64,000 nt of DNA from a virus: positions 1-64,000 of IMG/VR virus record IMGVR_UViG_3300008450_000020; one strand, given 5' to 3'. A program made the position numbers and the translations under genes. Below are positions 8,991 through 18,203 of this stretch, piece after piece (position 1 is the stretch's first letter; each line of letters opens with the position of its first letter). The notes under the pieces were generated by a model. It did not search any database. It was given only the letters and a program-made list of their open reading frames with translations, and was not told the origin of the DNA.

Positions 8991-9407
8991 TTATTTTTCG
9001 ATTTTAGGAATCGGGAATGGAACCTTAGTCACTGGTTGACATTGACCGTCATCTGATGCATAAGTTTTCTTAGCAAAATCTGTATCAGTGAGACAACCAA
9101 CTGTCCCACTTACTGTTGAACATTTAAGTCCTGCCTTGACAGCAGGATTTTCTTTGCTTACCAATTTTGCAGATGCCCAACCATCACCTTGAGGACAAGA
9201 AGAAGACTGGGTTGAATCACCCTGGGTTTCTAAAGACCAGCCAGCATACTGAGTGATTTCAGAACGGAATTTCTTTGCGTTGTACTCAGCATTAGCTTTA
9301 GCTGTAGCACGGTTCAGTTCCGTTGTGTCAAAAGATGCTTCATTTTTACTGCAAGCTGAGAAAGCTACAACAGCCAGTGCTACAAGGAAAATACGATTAA
9401 ATTTCAT
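8991..9407 (-). CDS. Lipoprotein (Cys-rich)
   Basis: MKFNRIFLVALAVVAFSA-C lipobox and four further Cys. The upstream extension in the ORF track overlaps the tRNA and is not real. Confidence 0.8.
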   Translation of the reverse strand: MKFNRIFLVALAVVAFSACSKNEASFDTTELNRATAKANAEYNAKKFRSEITQYAGWSLETQGDSTQSSSCPQGDGWASAKLVSKENPAVKAGLKCSTVSGTVGCLTDTDFAKKTYASDDGQCQPVTKVPFPIPKIEK

Positions 9408-9439
9408 TTTATTTCTTTCAAAAGTTGAGGTAAAAAGAA

Positions 9440-9519
9440 TGGTATGCCTTGAGGGATTTGAACCCATCTGTCTATCGATTATGAGTCGATTGCTTTTACC
9501 GGACTTAAGCTAAAGGCAC
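9440..9519 (-). tRNA. tRNA with CAT anticodon (Ile2 or elongator Met)
   Basis: Acceptor stem GTGCCTT/AAGGCAT, D stem GCTT/AAGC, anticodon arm ATCGA-CTCATAA-TCGAT, TTCAAAT loop, encoded CCA. Confidence 0.9.
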
Positions 9520-9526
9520 ATTCAAA

Positions 9527-12169
9527 TCACTTCCCGGAGGGAAGATTGTATTTCTCTTTGTGGGTATCACATAAAGAAACGATTTCTTCCCGTGAAGCAT
9601 TATTAGGAAGAGTTAATGGAGTAGCCCAAGATGGAAAATAAATATCCAGAGCTGCACCAAGTTTGACAGTGTCATGTTTTATTTCAGGAAGTTCTTGCCA
9701 TTGCATCGACTTGATTAATTCCCTATTTACCCATTCCACTACTTCTACCTCATCAATAATCAAGAGGTAAATTGCATCATGAATTAGAGCCACTGGGAGC
9801 ACTTTTTCTCTGTAAGGAGAGTTGTGTACCTTCTTCATGAAATCATTCGCTGCACGGTTGTTTAGTAAGCCGTATGACTGTCCTAAAGCATTCCCTGCAG
9901 TACGTCCTTCTGCTGCTGCTGCAAAAGGCATTTTCTTTGTATTAAACAAAACTTGTTTAAGCAAAGGAGTTCTTACACGCAAACCAAAAGCTACGGTTAC
10001 ATACCCATCTTTACTGGCTTGTATTAGCTTGTCTTGAACGTATTGATCAGATACCTTATACAACTCATGGTAATTCTTTTCAATGGCTTTAGCTTTCTCT
10101 TCTGAGAAGCCAAGGTTATTCATTAAAGTAATGTAAGTACCTTGATAGGTAAGAGCAAAGGTAGGTGCTTTTGATTCTTGCCTTAGTTTAGGGTGAGTAT
10201 CTTTAAGGGAGTTAACTGATACAGGATCAGTTACATCTACATGAAGCAATTCATCTCTAAAATAATAAGCAGCACGTAAGCAATGTCCGTCAAAACCTTG
10301 TTCATATACAGCTAACTTGTTTGGGTCTTTGGTAGTTAAGGCAGAAATGTAATCCTCAAGAGAATTAAAATCTGCACCAACATATAACCAACCAGGTGGA
10401 GCTTGGAAACATGATTTGATTAATTTACCAAATGTAGAACCACTAGGTAAATTTTGAAGATTCGGGCTACTACTACTAAGTCTTCCTGATACAGTCCCTC
10501 CTAAATTGAAGTTACCGAACAGGAAAACATAAGGACTGCTACTTATCCCATCTTTGTTAATTGCATTTTCAAAAGCAGGAATAAATGTAGTAAGTATTTT
10601 ATTGGTTTTGCCATAGTTGATAATGGCACTAAGCAATTCCTTATCTTCTGGTTTGTCAGTATGATGAATCAACTTTTCTAAAGTATCTGCACCAGTAGCA
10701 GGCTGTTTCTTATCAGTGTAATCAATGACAGGAAGTTTCAGAATGTCATAAAGTAGCTGCTGAAGTTGAGGCCCGCTATTAGGATTGAAAACAGAATCTT
10801 TAAAATGCTCTAAATTATGTTGCTTGGTTTTGAGTTTTGCATTTGCTTTCTGCATTAACGTATTCTGCAATAAAAAATTCATTGCCTTAATTACTGAAGA
10901 ATTATTAATGGTATCTACATGTGCTTCTCTTTGAGCAGCTAAATCATTCCTTACATTTATTACTTGATCACGATTCATAGGCATACCAGTTAACTCAAGT
11001 TGAATGATGGTCCTTAGACTCGGTAACATGATTACTTGATAGATTTGTTCCTGTTGGTCTGCAATCATTATTGGTGTGTATTTGTCCTTCACATACCAAG
11101 TAGATAATGCATCTATCAAATTGTATTCAAGTAATTCAGGAAGAGGAATTTTCCGAATATCCTTGATATCTGATTTAGCCCAATTACCGGCAAACTCATG
11201 TGCAAGATCTTTTAAGCCCAGCGTATTGCCGGCAGTAGAGTTAGTCGCAAGATAGCTAATGATTTTTGTATCATCAAAGTTATTATCTTTGGTGAATACA
11301 TCCAGACCTTCTAACAAACCTTTTGTGTCATTCATCCCTAATAACATGTATAGAGAATAGATGAGTACTTTCACATCGTAGGGTGCATTATGCCAAGTAA
11401 TCTTTCCAGTGTAAGTAGTAAAGAAATTACGTAACAAATCCCTTATACCAAAATTGGAATTTCTTCCAAGATACTCCCCGCCTACAACATTGTTGAATGC
11501 ATAGGCATCACAGGAAAATGCAATACCATTGTGTTTATCCCACGCAAAAGAAATAGTTCCAATACCTGCTCCATGAAACAAGAGAGAGAATGTTTCTATA
11601 TCACAGGTAAGTTCAGGATACTGATGCAAGCTTCTTAAAGCGTGATCAATTTCATGATACGTTTGTGGGTAATAGGCTGAATGGATAATGTTACTTCCTA
11701 ATACAACATGGCTTCCTGAATAGGTATTTGAAAGTGCTTCCAAACCAAGGATTAATTTATCTTTCAAGCCAGGGTTATAAATTAGTGCTTGATAATTAAT
11801 CCCCAGCACTACTTTCATATTTTCATACCCAGCTATTGCGCAAGGCAAGACATACCCATAATGAGGGTCTGCTTTAGTGCTCTTGGTTAATAGCTTAAAA
11901 TAAGTAGAATCACAAACGTATAAATACTCAGTGTGAATACTACTTAATGCAGGAAGCAATTCTTTCAAATATTCTTTGGCAAAGCTAACTGGGATTTTCC
12001 CATGTTCATCATAAGCCAGTGTGATGGCTACTACATCATTGGAAGATATTCCTCTCTGGTTTAATGGTTCAATGTAGTTGCTCAATAACTGTTGTTGATT
12101 AAAAGAAGATTCCTTTATCAAAACAGCTATTGGATATGTATTAGAGTTACCAAATGCAATATGCTTCAT
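9527..12169 (-). CDS. DNA polymerase, family A (N4 gp39-like) with 3'-5' exonuclease
   Basis: Exo I DIET, SGRLSSSSPNLQN, motif A DFNSLE, motif B RQESKAPTFALTYQG, motif C IHDAIY. Confidence 0.96.
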   Translation of the reverse strand: MKHIAFGNSNTYPIAVLIKESSFNQQQLLSNYIEPLNQRGISSNDVVAITLAYDEHGKIPVSFAKEYLKELLPALSSIHTEYLYVCDSTYFKLLTKSTKADPHYGYVLPCAIAGYENMKVVLGINYQALIYNPGLKDKLILGLEALSNTYSGSHVVLGSNIIHSAYYPQTYHEIDHALRSLHQYPELTCDIETFSLLFHGAGIGTISFAWDKHNGIAFSCDAYAFNNVVGGEYLGRNSNFGIRDLLRNFFTTYTGKITWHNAPYDVKVLIYSLYMLLGMNDTKGLLEGLDVFTKDNNFDDTKIISYLATNSTAGNTLGLKDLAHEFAGNWAKSDIKDIRKIPLPELLEYNLIDALSTWYVKDKYTPIMIADQQEQIYQVIMLPSLRTIIQLELTGMPMNRDQVINVRNDLAAQREAHVDTINNSSVIKAMNFLLQNTLMQKANAKLKTKQHNLEHFKDSVFNPNSGPQLQQLLYDILKLPVIDYTDKKQPATGADTLEKLIHHTDKPEDKELLSAIINYGKTNKILTTFIPAFENAINKDGISSSPYVFLFGNFNLGGTVSGRLSSSSPNLQNLPSGSTFGKLIKSCFQAPPGWLYVGADFNSLEDYISALTTKDPNKLAVYEQGFDGHCLRAAYYFRDELLHVDVTDPVSVNSLKDTHPKLRQESKAPTFALTYQGTYITLMNNLGFSEEKAKAIEKNYHELYKVSDQYVQDKLIQASKDGYVTVAFGLRVRTPLLKQVLFNTKKMPFAAAAEGRTAGNALGQSYGLLNNRAANDFMKKVHNSPYREKVLPVALIHDAIYLLIIDEVEVVEWVNRELIKSMQWQELPEIKHDTVKLGAALDIYFPSWATPLTLPNNASREEIVSLCDTHKEKYNLPSGK

Positions 12170-12171
12170 AA

Positions 12172-12789
12172 CTATCCTATTAAAGCATTGAGGGAGAGTT
12201 TCATTGAAATGAGATCAAAGAAATGTTTCGAGCTATCTTGGAATGGTTTTACTTCTTCATTAGAGATTTCAGTTTGCTGTTTTTCAAGAAATCCAATATT
12301 TAATCCTGTTTTCCCAAAGTAAATGGAAGCTTGAATAATATTCTTATTCATGAAGCTTTCTAAAGAAGTTCCTGTAACCAGCTTAAGCCAGTCAGGAGGA
12401 TAATTGGATTTGTTTTGTACAGAAGAAATAAAGCTGGATATTGCTTTATTATCTTTATCTGCTTGTGCGATAAAAGATAATAAGGAATCCATTTCACTCC
12501 TAAGTTCATCTCTCAACTCTGGAAAATGAATTCTGGTATGTACAGCCAAAGGGATATGCATAGAAGAGTGAGGGTAAACATTTCCTTTGTAACGAAAAGC
12601 AAGAATTAAAGGGGTTTCCCCTCCATTTTTAATAATTAAATCATCCATTCTTTTTATGATTAAATTATTTTTCTGAGGAAAAATATCATCCATAATTAAA
12701 TTAAGAACAGTAGCAGTAAAGCGTTGCCGTTCTCTTCTTACCATTAGAGTATTCTCTAAATATTCACTACTTTCCTTGAGGCTTGTCAT
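12172..12789 (-). CDS. Hypothetical protein between helicase and DNAP
   Basis: Coupled ORF at a position usually occupied in N4-like phages. Confidence 0.7.
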   Translation of the reverse strand: MTSLKESSEYLENTLMVRRERQRFTATVLNLIMDDIFPQKNNLIIKRMDDLIIKNGGETPLILAFRYKGNVYPHSSMHIPLAVHTRIHFPELRDELRSEMDSLLSFIAQADKDNKAISSFISSVQNKSNYPPDWLKLVTGTSLESFMNKNIIQASIYFGKTGLNIGFLEKQQTEISNEEVKPFQDSSKHFFDLISMKLSLNALIG

Positions 12790-14048
12790 ACAAAATCTCC
12801 AGTGAAATAAACTTTATCAGTTGCACGAGAAGTACCTACATAGAGCATACGTGCTATCTGATTTCCCTGACTGCATTTACTGATGTCGTCAAGATCAATG
12901 AATACTTGCTTGTACGTAGAGCCTTGAGCTTTATTGATCGTACAAGCAAAGGCAGATCTTAAATCAATCCACTCACGATTGATAACCCCTAACCGTTGGA
13001 TGTCATTGTTCTGTTGAAGTTGCTTTATTAAAGCCTTCTTTTCTGCCAAACTCGATGGCATAAAAGTTGTGGTGTCATTATTGAGTTCTACAGAATACCC
13101 TTGCAATCCATATTGGACTGCTGGAGTAATATTGGAGATGTAAACATCTTCGTCTGCTTTGAATCCCTTTTTGCCAGCCATACAGAATGCATTATTTACC
13201 GCATAATCACCTGGTTTGAAGTTAGGACAACCGGATATGTATTGTACAAGCCCTTGGTTATATTTAATGACAGTTTCATTTCTCCAAGCCAGAAATTTAG
13301 AATGGTTTGAATGCCATTCAGGTAACTGAACTGTAGCCAGTAAAGCATTATTGAAATCCCTTCTAGGAAGGTGAATAATACTTTCTCCATCTGGTTTAAA
13401 TTGTGGAAATACGCCAGAGGATACCGTCTCTCTAAAGAGTGTGGACAGCTCTAAAATAGCTCCAGTGTTTCTGACTACTTTAGTCAATTTTGCGGTAGTA
13501 AAACCTGCTAAAAACACTGGGCATACTGAAGACATCACAGGAGTCAATTGAGCTGGATCTCCCATAAAAACAATCTTACATCTGCGCACTGAGCCAAAGA
13601 TAAGATTTAATAATTCTGAGTCGACATAGCTTGCTTCATCAATGAAAATGATTGCATTTTCAATTGGTTCTTTGAGTGCTGAAATCAAAGTAGTTTTGCC
13701 GGTTTTAAGATCCTTTATAGGACGTATGGCAAGCAAACTATGGATGGTTCTAGTTTCCTGTTTACTGAGTCCATAAAGGGCTTGTGCAGCCTTATTTGTG
13801 GTTGCAGTAAGGTGTACTTCGTAATCTACAAAGGAAGGGTTAATTCCTCTGATTGCACGAAGTATTAAAGGAAGCTCGTTTAACAAGTGTTTAACTAAAG
13901 TTGACTTCCCTGTTCCACTATAACCTTCAATTACAAATGCTGATTCTTTCGGATCAGTAATGAATTTAACAAACATGTTTGAAGCTGCTTGTTGATCATC
14001 GGTTAATTTGAATTGGGTAGTGTTATTAGTATTAATGAGGGAAGTCAT
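12786..14048 (-). CDS. SF1 DNA helicase (Dda/RecD-like)
   Basis: Walker A GYSGTGKS, ATTNKAA, IDEAS, GDPAQL, TINKAQGSTY, YVGTSRA. Confidence 0.93.
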   Translation of the reverse strand: MTSLINTNNTTQFKLTDDQQAASNMFVKFITDPKESAFVIEGYSGTGKSTLVKHLLNELPLILRAIRGINPSFVDYEVHLTATTNKAAQALYGLSKQETRTIHSLLAIRPIKDLKTGKTTLISALKEPIENAIIFIDEASYVDSELLNLIFGSVRRCKIVFMGDPAQLTPVMSSVCPVFLAGFTTAKLTKVVRNTGAILELSTLFRETVSSGVFPQFKPDGESIIHLPRRDFNNALLATVQLPEWHSNHSKFLAWRNETVIKYNQGLVQYISGCPNFKPGDYAVNNAFCMAGKKGFKADEDVYISNITPAVQYGLQGYSVELNNDTTTFMPSSLAEKKALIKQLQQNNDIQRLGVINREWIDLRSAFACTINKAQGSTYKQVFIDLDDISKCSQGNQIARMLYVGTSRATDKVYFTGDFV

Positions 14049-14059
14049 TTTTGTTTACC

Positions 14060-15226
14060 TTAAATTTTGAAATGAATTACTTTTCCAAATGGAGCAGTAA
14101 ATGTTGGGTTGTTATAAATCAACCAGATGACTGGAACTTTTGTATGGACTTTCGGTGGAGAGAATTCTCCATCAGAAAAGATCAAACCAAATTCAGGTTT
14201 ATTCTTTTCAATCCATTGGATAACAGGAGTAATATTTGTACCTCCTCTTCCATGGAAATCCAGTCGACGTAACTCTTGTAATGAACGCACTTTAATGTCA
14301 TCAAGAATTCTTGTATCAAAAGGCACCATACGTACTTCTTCTGGTTTTAATACTTTAAAGATTTTGGATACTTCAGAAATCATTACACTGACTTCATGAT
14401 CTGAAGTTGATCCAGAAAGATCGGGGAATACTGCAAAGTTTGGAATTGCTTCTGCAAACAAAGATGGTAAGAAGTGTCTTGGAAAGTGCCTACGATTTGG
14501 TTTTCTGAAACTGTAATCAGTCTTAGAAAATGCACTCAGAAACTTTTGTAAAATGCGATGCCAAGGTAATTTTGGATTGATCATACTATCCAATAATACA
14601 CCTGCCATACCTGGGATATTTCCAGCTTCTTTACCTGCTTGTTGAGCAGTTTGTACTGCGCGCATTAAAGCTTCTTGAATCTGTTGTTTAACATGTGCTG
14701 GTGTAGTGGAGCTTCCGTCTGAAGGATTATTGCCATCAGAATTGCTATTACCTTGTCCTTCACCATCTTCTTCTCCATCACCGCCAGGATCACCTAGATC
14801 CATTTGATCTGGGTTGCTTGGGGAATCTTCAAGAAGATCATAAACTTCTTCTGCTGATTTACCAGCATACTTACGATCACAATATCCTCCCGGAGGGATT
14901 TCAAATCCACCATCAATAAGCATGTTATTGATTACGTGATCACAAGCTTTGTTATAACGCTCTTTGTCCTTGGAGCCTCTTCTACCTGCATGATCGAAAC
15001 CAACGTGTAATGCTTCGTGGGTTAATAAACCAATTTGCTGTGGTTGAGTAAGCTTTTGAAAGTAATCAGGATTTAGTTTAATTTCAATACCATTGGTTTT
15101 AGCAATAGGTGTTGAATCATCCCATGTTTGACGTAAGCCCATAACAAGGGTAGAAAAAAATACTGAATTACTCTTAGACATTAGAGCAATTTTTGCTTTA
15201 CTCAAAGCCAGTACATGTGGTTCCAT
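14060..15226 (-). CDS. Metallopeptidase plus vWA-like protein (DUF2201-like, N4 gp25-like)
   Basis: HEALH zincin motif, acidic Gly-rich linker, DLSGS, GRGGT and FSDG vWA motifs. Confidence 0.88.
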   Translation of the reverse strand: MEPHVLALSKAKIALMSKSNSVFFSTLVMGLRQTWDDSTPIAKTNGIEIKLNPDYFQKLTQPQQIGLLTHEALHVGFDHAGRRGSKDKERYNKACDHVINNMLIDGGFEIPPGGYCDRKYAGKSAEEVYDLLEDSPSNPDQMDLGDPGGDGEEDGEGQGNSNSDGNNPSDGSSTTPAHVKQQIQEALMRAVQTAQQAGKEAGNIPGMAGVLLDSMINPKLPWHRILQKFLSAFSKTDYSFRKPNRRHFPRHFLPSLFAEAIPNFAVFPDLSGSTSDHEVSVMISEVSKIFKVLKPEEVRMVPFDTRILDDIKVRSLQELRRLDFHGRGGTNITPVIQWIEKNKPEFGLIFSDGEFSPPKVHTKVPVIWLIYNNPTFTAPFGKVIHFKI

Positions 15227-15242
15227 AAATACCTTTCAAAAT

Positions 15243-15275
15243 AAAATAGGAATAGAAATAGATCTCTATTCCTAT
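15243..15275 (-). terminator. Stem-loop between AAA and peptidase genes
   Basis: ATAGGAATAGA...TCTATTCCTAT inverted repeat with an A run on the + strand left side. Confidence 0.5.
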
Positions 15276-15293
15276 ATCAGTTTGTTTGTTAAA

Positions 15294-16367
15294 TCAAAAG
15301 AATGCTTTGCCTTCTTTTACCAACCAGCTTTGTAATTCTGGAGCAGTAATCAAAGTCAAATCACGTTGCACTGCATTACGCAAAGTCACCACTTGGAACT
15401 CTGGTAAGAAGCGTGTAACGTATTTTGCTATGTTACTGATGTTATCTTTGTCTGCTACTTGAGAGAGCATAGAAGAAACCAAGAACATAATTCCTGGGGA
15501 TTGTGGTACAGGTACTGTATCTGGTGCTGTGATGATTGTCTTCAATGAAGGGATTTCATTTGCTAAACGCGTGTATCCAACGAATTCTGCTGCGATACCT
15601 TCACCGATAACACCGGCAAATACTGCAATCGCGTTAGCATCATTGACATCGAAACCAGTTTTCAAAATACGGTTTGTGAACTCCCATGTACGAGGACATG
15701 CGTAAGTACAATCAGTATGATCTGGATCGAATGTGTACAGCTTGCTTGGGTTGTTACGCAAGTAAGCCATGATACGGAAATCATAGTTTGCTTTGTTTGC
15801 GTACTCTAACCAGTCATCTGTAGTGATGCTCAACTGAATATGAGCAAGACGAGATTGCAATGCCGTGCTCATCTCTTCAACGATAGCATTGTCAGTTGCC
15901 ATGTTACCTGCACAGACTACTTTGACTTTGTCATGCAAATGGTATTGGCCTACCATACGATCCAAAGTCAGTTTGTATGATGCTGCTTGTACTGCACGAG
16001 ATGCTGATGAGAACTCATCCAAGAACAGTAACCAACCTGAGTAACGTAATTCTTTGCCTTCTGCATCGCGCAAAGCTTGTCCATTGCTATCGAGTTTGAT
16101 AGGCAATTCATCACCTTGGATTGGGAATGTAGCCATAGGCACATATACAGCTTTTGAACCAGACATATTAGGAAAGCCTAATAAGTCTGTTGGATCGCAC
16201 TGGGACAAGCGCAAATCGATAACCTTGAGGTTGTACTCTTCTGCAATTGAGTGAATGATTGCAGACTTACCTGTACCTGGGCTACCTACCAACATTGGCA
16301 CAAGATTTGCCAACATGTAAGTAATGATGTTTTTACGAGCTTGTGAAAGTGAGCATGTGATATTCAT
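15294..16367 (-). CDS. MoxR-like AAA+ ATPase (N4 gp24-like)
   Basis: GSPGTGKS, DPTDLLGFP, LFLDE, AGN, ALQSR, CPRTWE. Confidence 0.9.
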   Translation of the reverse strand: MNITCSLSQARKNIITYMLANLVPMLVGSPGTGKSAIIHSIAEEYNLKVIDLRLSQCDPTDLLGFPNMSGSKAVYVPMATFPIQGDELPIKLDSNGQALRDAEGKELRYSGWLLFLDEFSSASRAVQAASYKLTLDRMVGQYHLHDKVKVVCAGNMATDNAIVEEMSTALQSRLAHIQLSITTDDWLEYANKANYDFRIMAYLRNNPSKLYTFDPDHTDCTYACPRTWEFTNRILKTGFDVNDANAIAVFAGVIGEGIAAEFVGYTRLANEIPSLKTIITAPDTVPVPQSPGIMFLVSSMLSQVADKDNISNIAKYVTRFLPEFQVVTLRNAVQRDLTLITAPELQSWLVKEGKAFF

Positions 16368-16394
16368 GGAAATTTTCCTTATTGAAAATGTAAG

Positions 16395-16916
16395 TTAATT
16401 TTTGGAAGTTAAAAACTTTTGTGCGGCAATAATGCCAGTGAGATCCGGGGTTGGAATAGCAGCTTCTAAGAGAGTCTTAGCATCTTTTTCTGCTTGAGCA
16501 AAAACTAAATCTCTTAATTTCATTTTGATTCTATGAACGTATTCAGCTCTTAAAGATTTAGTGATTTCATCTAACTCTTTTTTAGTAAGTTTGGGAATTT
16601 CACATTGGTCTAACCAAGCTTCTATTGATTCTTTTTGAATCCGTTGTAAGTAATCCCCTGCAATAGAATTTCCAGATCTACCATTGCAATGATCCAATTT
16701 AAATTCATTGTGCCAATCTTTATCAAAGCCCATGAGTTTAAGAAGAATTTCTTTCTTCTTTTTATCCATGTCATTGAATACCATATCCCGAATTTGTTCA
16801 GGAGTTTGTTTGGCTTTCCACTGATTAACATAAATGTTAATCATAGAAATATATTCTTCCATTGGATTCAATGAAGGAATAATCTCTTCAGGATCTTCTT
16901 GAGTTTCTAATGGCAT
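16395..16916 (-). CDS. Hypothetical protein
   Basis: 173-aa ORF overlapping the end of the ClpX-like gene. Confidence 0.65.
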   Translation of the reverse strand: MPLETQEDPEEIIPSLNPMEEYISMINIYVNQWKAKQTPEQIRDMVFNDMDKKKKEILLKLMGFDKDWHNEFKLDHCNGRSGNSIAGDYLQRIQKESIEAWLDQCEIPKLTKKELDEITKSLRAEYVHRIKMKLRDLVFAQAEKDAKTLLEAAIPTPDLTGIIAAQKFLTSKN

Positions 16917-17713
16917 GATAATTCCAGTGTTTTTTGAAAGGTAATTTTCTTGGCTTGTTTTTCACCAAGATTACCGTTAATGAAAAATTGGTGAATTAAC
17001 GTATTAATCATACGAATACCAATCGTATTTTTTTCAAAAGAGTCTGTGAGAATTTTCATGATTGGATTCACTACATCTGCTTTTTTGGTTTTTGGAAATA
17101 GCGTTAAATATGTCTGCAACAAAACACTGTTTATCAGAATATTCTTCAAGTCTGCAAGAGTTACTTTTTCTAGACCATAAACTAAACCAACACGCCCTAA
17201 AAATTCAGTTTTAACACCGAATTCACGAAGACGATCGATATCAATGTTCTCTTCGCCATTGAATGCGCCGGCAAAGATGAATAAGACATTGTCTGTCTTG
17301 ATATTGATGTATTTACCAAAATCACCATAAACGGAGGCGGAGCCTTCTAATACTTTTAGGAATTCGTTTTGAACTCCGTTAGTAGTTTCATGGGCTAATG
17401 CGGAATTTGAATTTCCACTGATGAATAACTTATCGAATTCATCAACGAAACAAATCACAGGTTGTCCACCAAGTTGAGTTAGTGGAGCTAATGCTTTTGA
17501 TACGCTGTTACCAGCAGTACCTTCTTTTGTTAAGGCAGCAGCATTGACTTCAATAAAAGCCAACTTAAATTCTTCTGCCAAGGTTTGAATGATGTGGGAT
17601 TTCCCACTACCACTTGGTCCAGTAATAATGAAGTGAGGACGGATCATCGCTTCACTTGATTCAAATATACTGAGGATTTTGCGAATGCTATTGACGGTTT
17701 GTTCTGAAGACAT
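16907..17713 (-). CDS. ClpX/HslU-like AAA+ ATPase, minimal form
   Basis: GPSGSGKS, FVDEFDKL, GVQNEFLKVLEG, DNVLFIFAGAF and FGVKTEFLGRV match the ClpX core. Confidence 0.85.
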   Translation of the reverse strand: MSSEQTVNSIRKILSIFESSEAMIRPHFIITGPSGSGKSHIIQTLAEEFKLAFIEVNAAALTKEGTAGNSVSKALAPLTQLGGQPVICFVDEFDKLFISGNSNSALAHETTNGVQNEFLKVLEGSASVYGDFGKYINIKTDNVLFIFAGAFNGEENIDIDRLREFGVKTEFLGRVGLVYGLEKVTLADLKNILINSVLLQTYLTLFPKTKKADVVNPIMKILTDSFEKNTIGIRMINTLIHQFFINGNLGEKQAKKITFQKTLELSCH

Positions 17714-17732
17714 GATAGCCTCTAAAAAGAAT

Positions 17733-17763
17733 AAAAAAAAGCTTCCTACTCATAATAGGAAGC
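17733..17763 (-). terminator. Rho-independent terminator
   Basis: GCTTCCTA...TAGGAAGC stem with A8 on the + strand (U tract on -). Confidence 0.75.
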
Positions 17764-17781
17764 CATGTAAACCAGGAAGAA

Positions 17782-18192
17782 TTAGTTGAGTTTTTTCAAT
17801 TCTGCAGCAATTTCTTCTTCAGACAAGCCAGCCAACTTTTCAGTTTGCTTCTGTGCCAGCAAATCAGTCAACTGACGTTTACGTTCAGCATTTTGTTGTG
17901 CATTCACTTTTGCAGCATTTTCTGATTGCTTATGTTCGATTACTGCTTTAACGATTTCCAGTTTGTTTTCCAGATCTTGTTTTGCAGGATTACGCGCAGA
18001 GTTAACAAAATCTTCTTCAGCAAATGCTTTGATAGCGCGATTGATTGTTTTCGCCAATGTGTTGAGGTCGTCACTGGAACGAGATTCTAAAGGCAAATGA
18101 AACAATTGTTCTACAGTCAATTGACCAACCTTAGAATCGAAGCGATATTGTTTTACTGCAGCGATGAAAAATAATTGATTTATGTTTTCCAT
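17782..18192 (-). CDS. Conserved phage coiled-coil protein
   Basis: YRFDSKVGQLTVEQLFHLPL motif; highly-expressed-type codon usage. Confidence 0.75.
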   Translation of the reverse strand: MENINQLFFIAAVKQYRFDSKVGQLTVEQLFHLPLESRSSDDLNTLAKTINRAIKAFAEEDFVNSARNPAKQDLENKLEIVKAVIEHKQSENAAKVNAQQNAERKRQLTDLLAQKQTEKLAGLSEEEIAAELKKLN

Positions 18193-18203
18193 GATTTTCT
18201 TTC

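Noticed and set aside
9408-9467. N-terminal extension of the lipoprotein ORF in the track
   Set aside because: Overlaps the tRNA; the real signal peptide begins at 9407.
9527-12169. Possible intein/intron or unusual residue 762 in the DNA polymerase
   Set aside because: Continuous 880-aa ORF of normal size; motif B has the ordinary Phe (KAPTF).
14060-16367. MoxR-like AAA plus vWA-metallopeptidase pair as a novel system
   Set aside because: Well-known conserved pair in N4-like phages (gp24/gp25-like).
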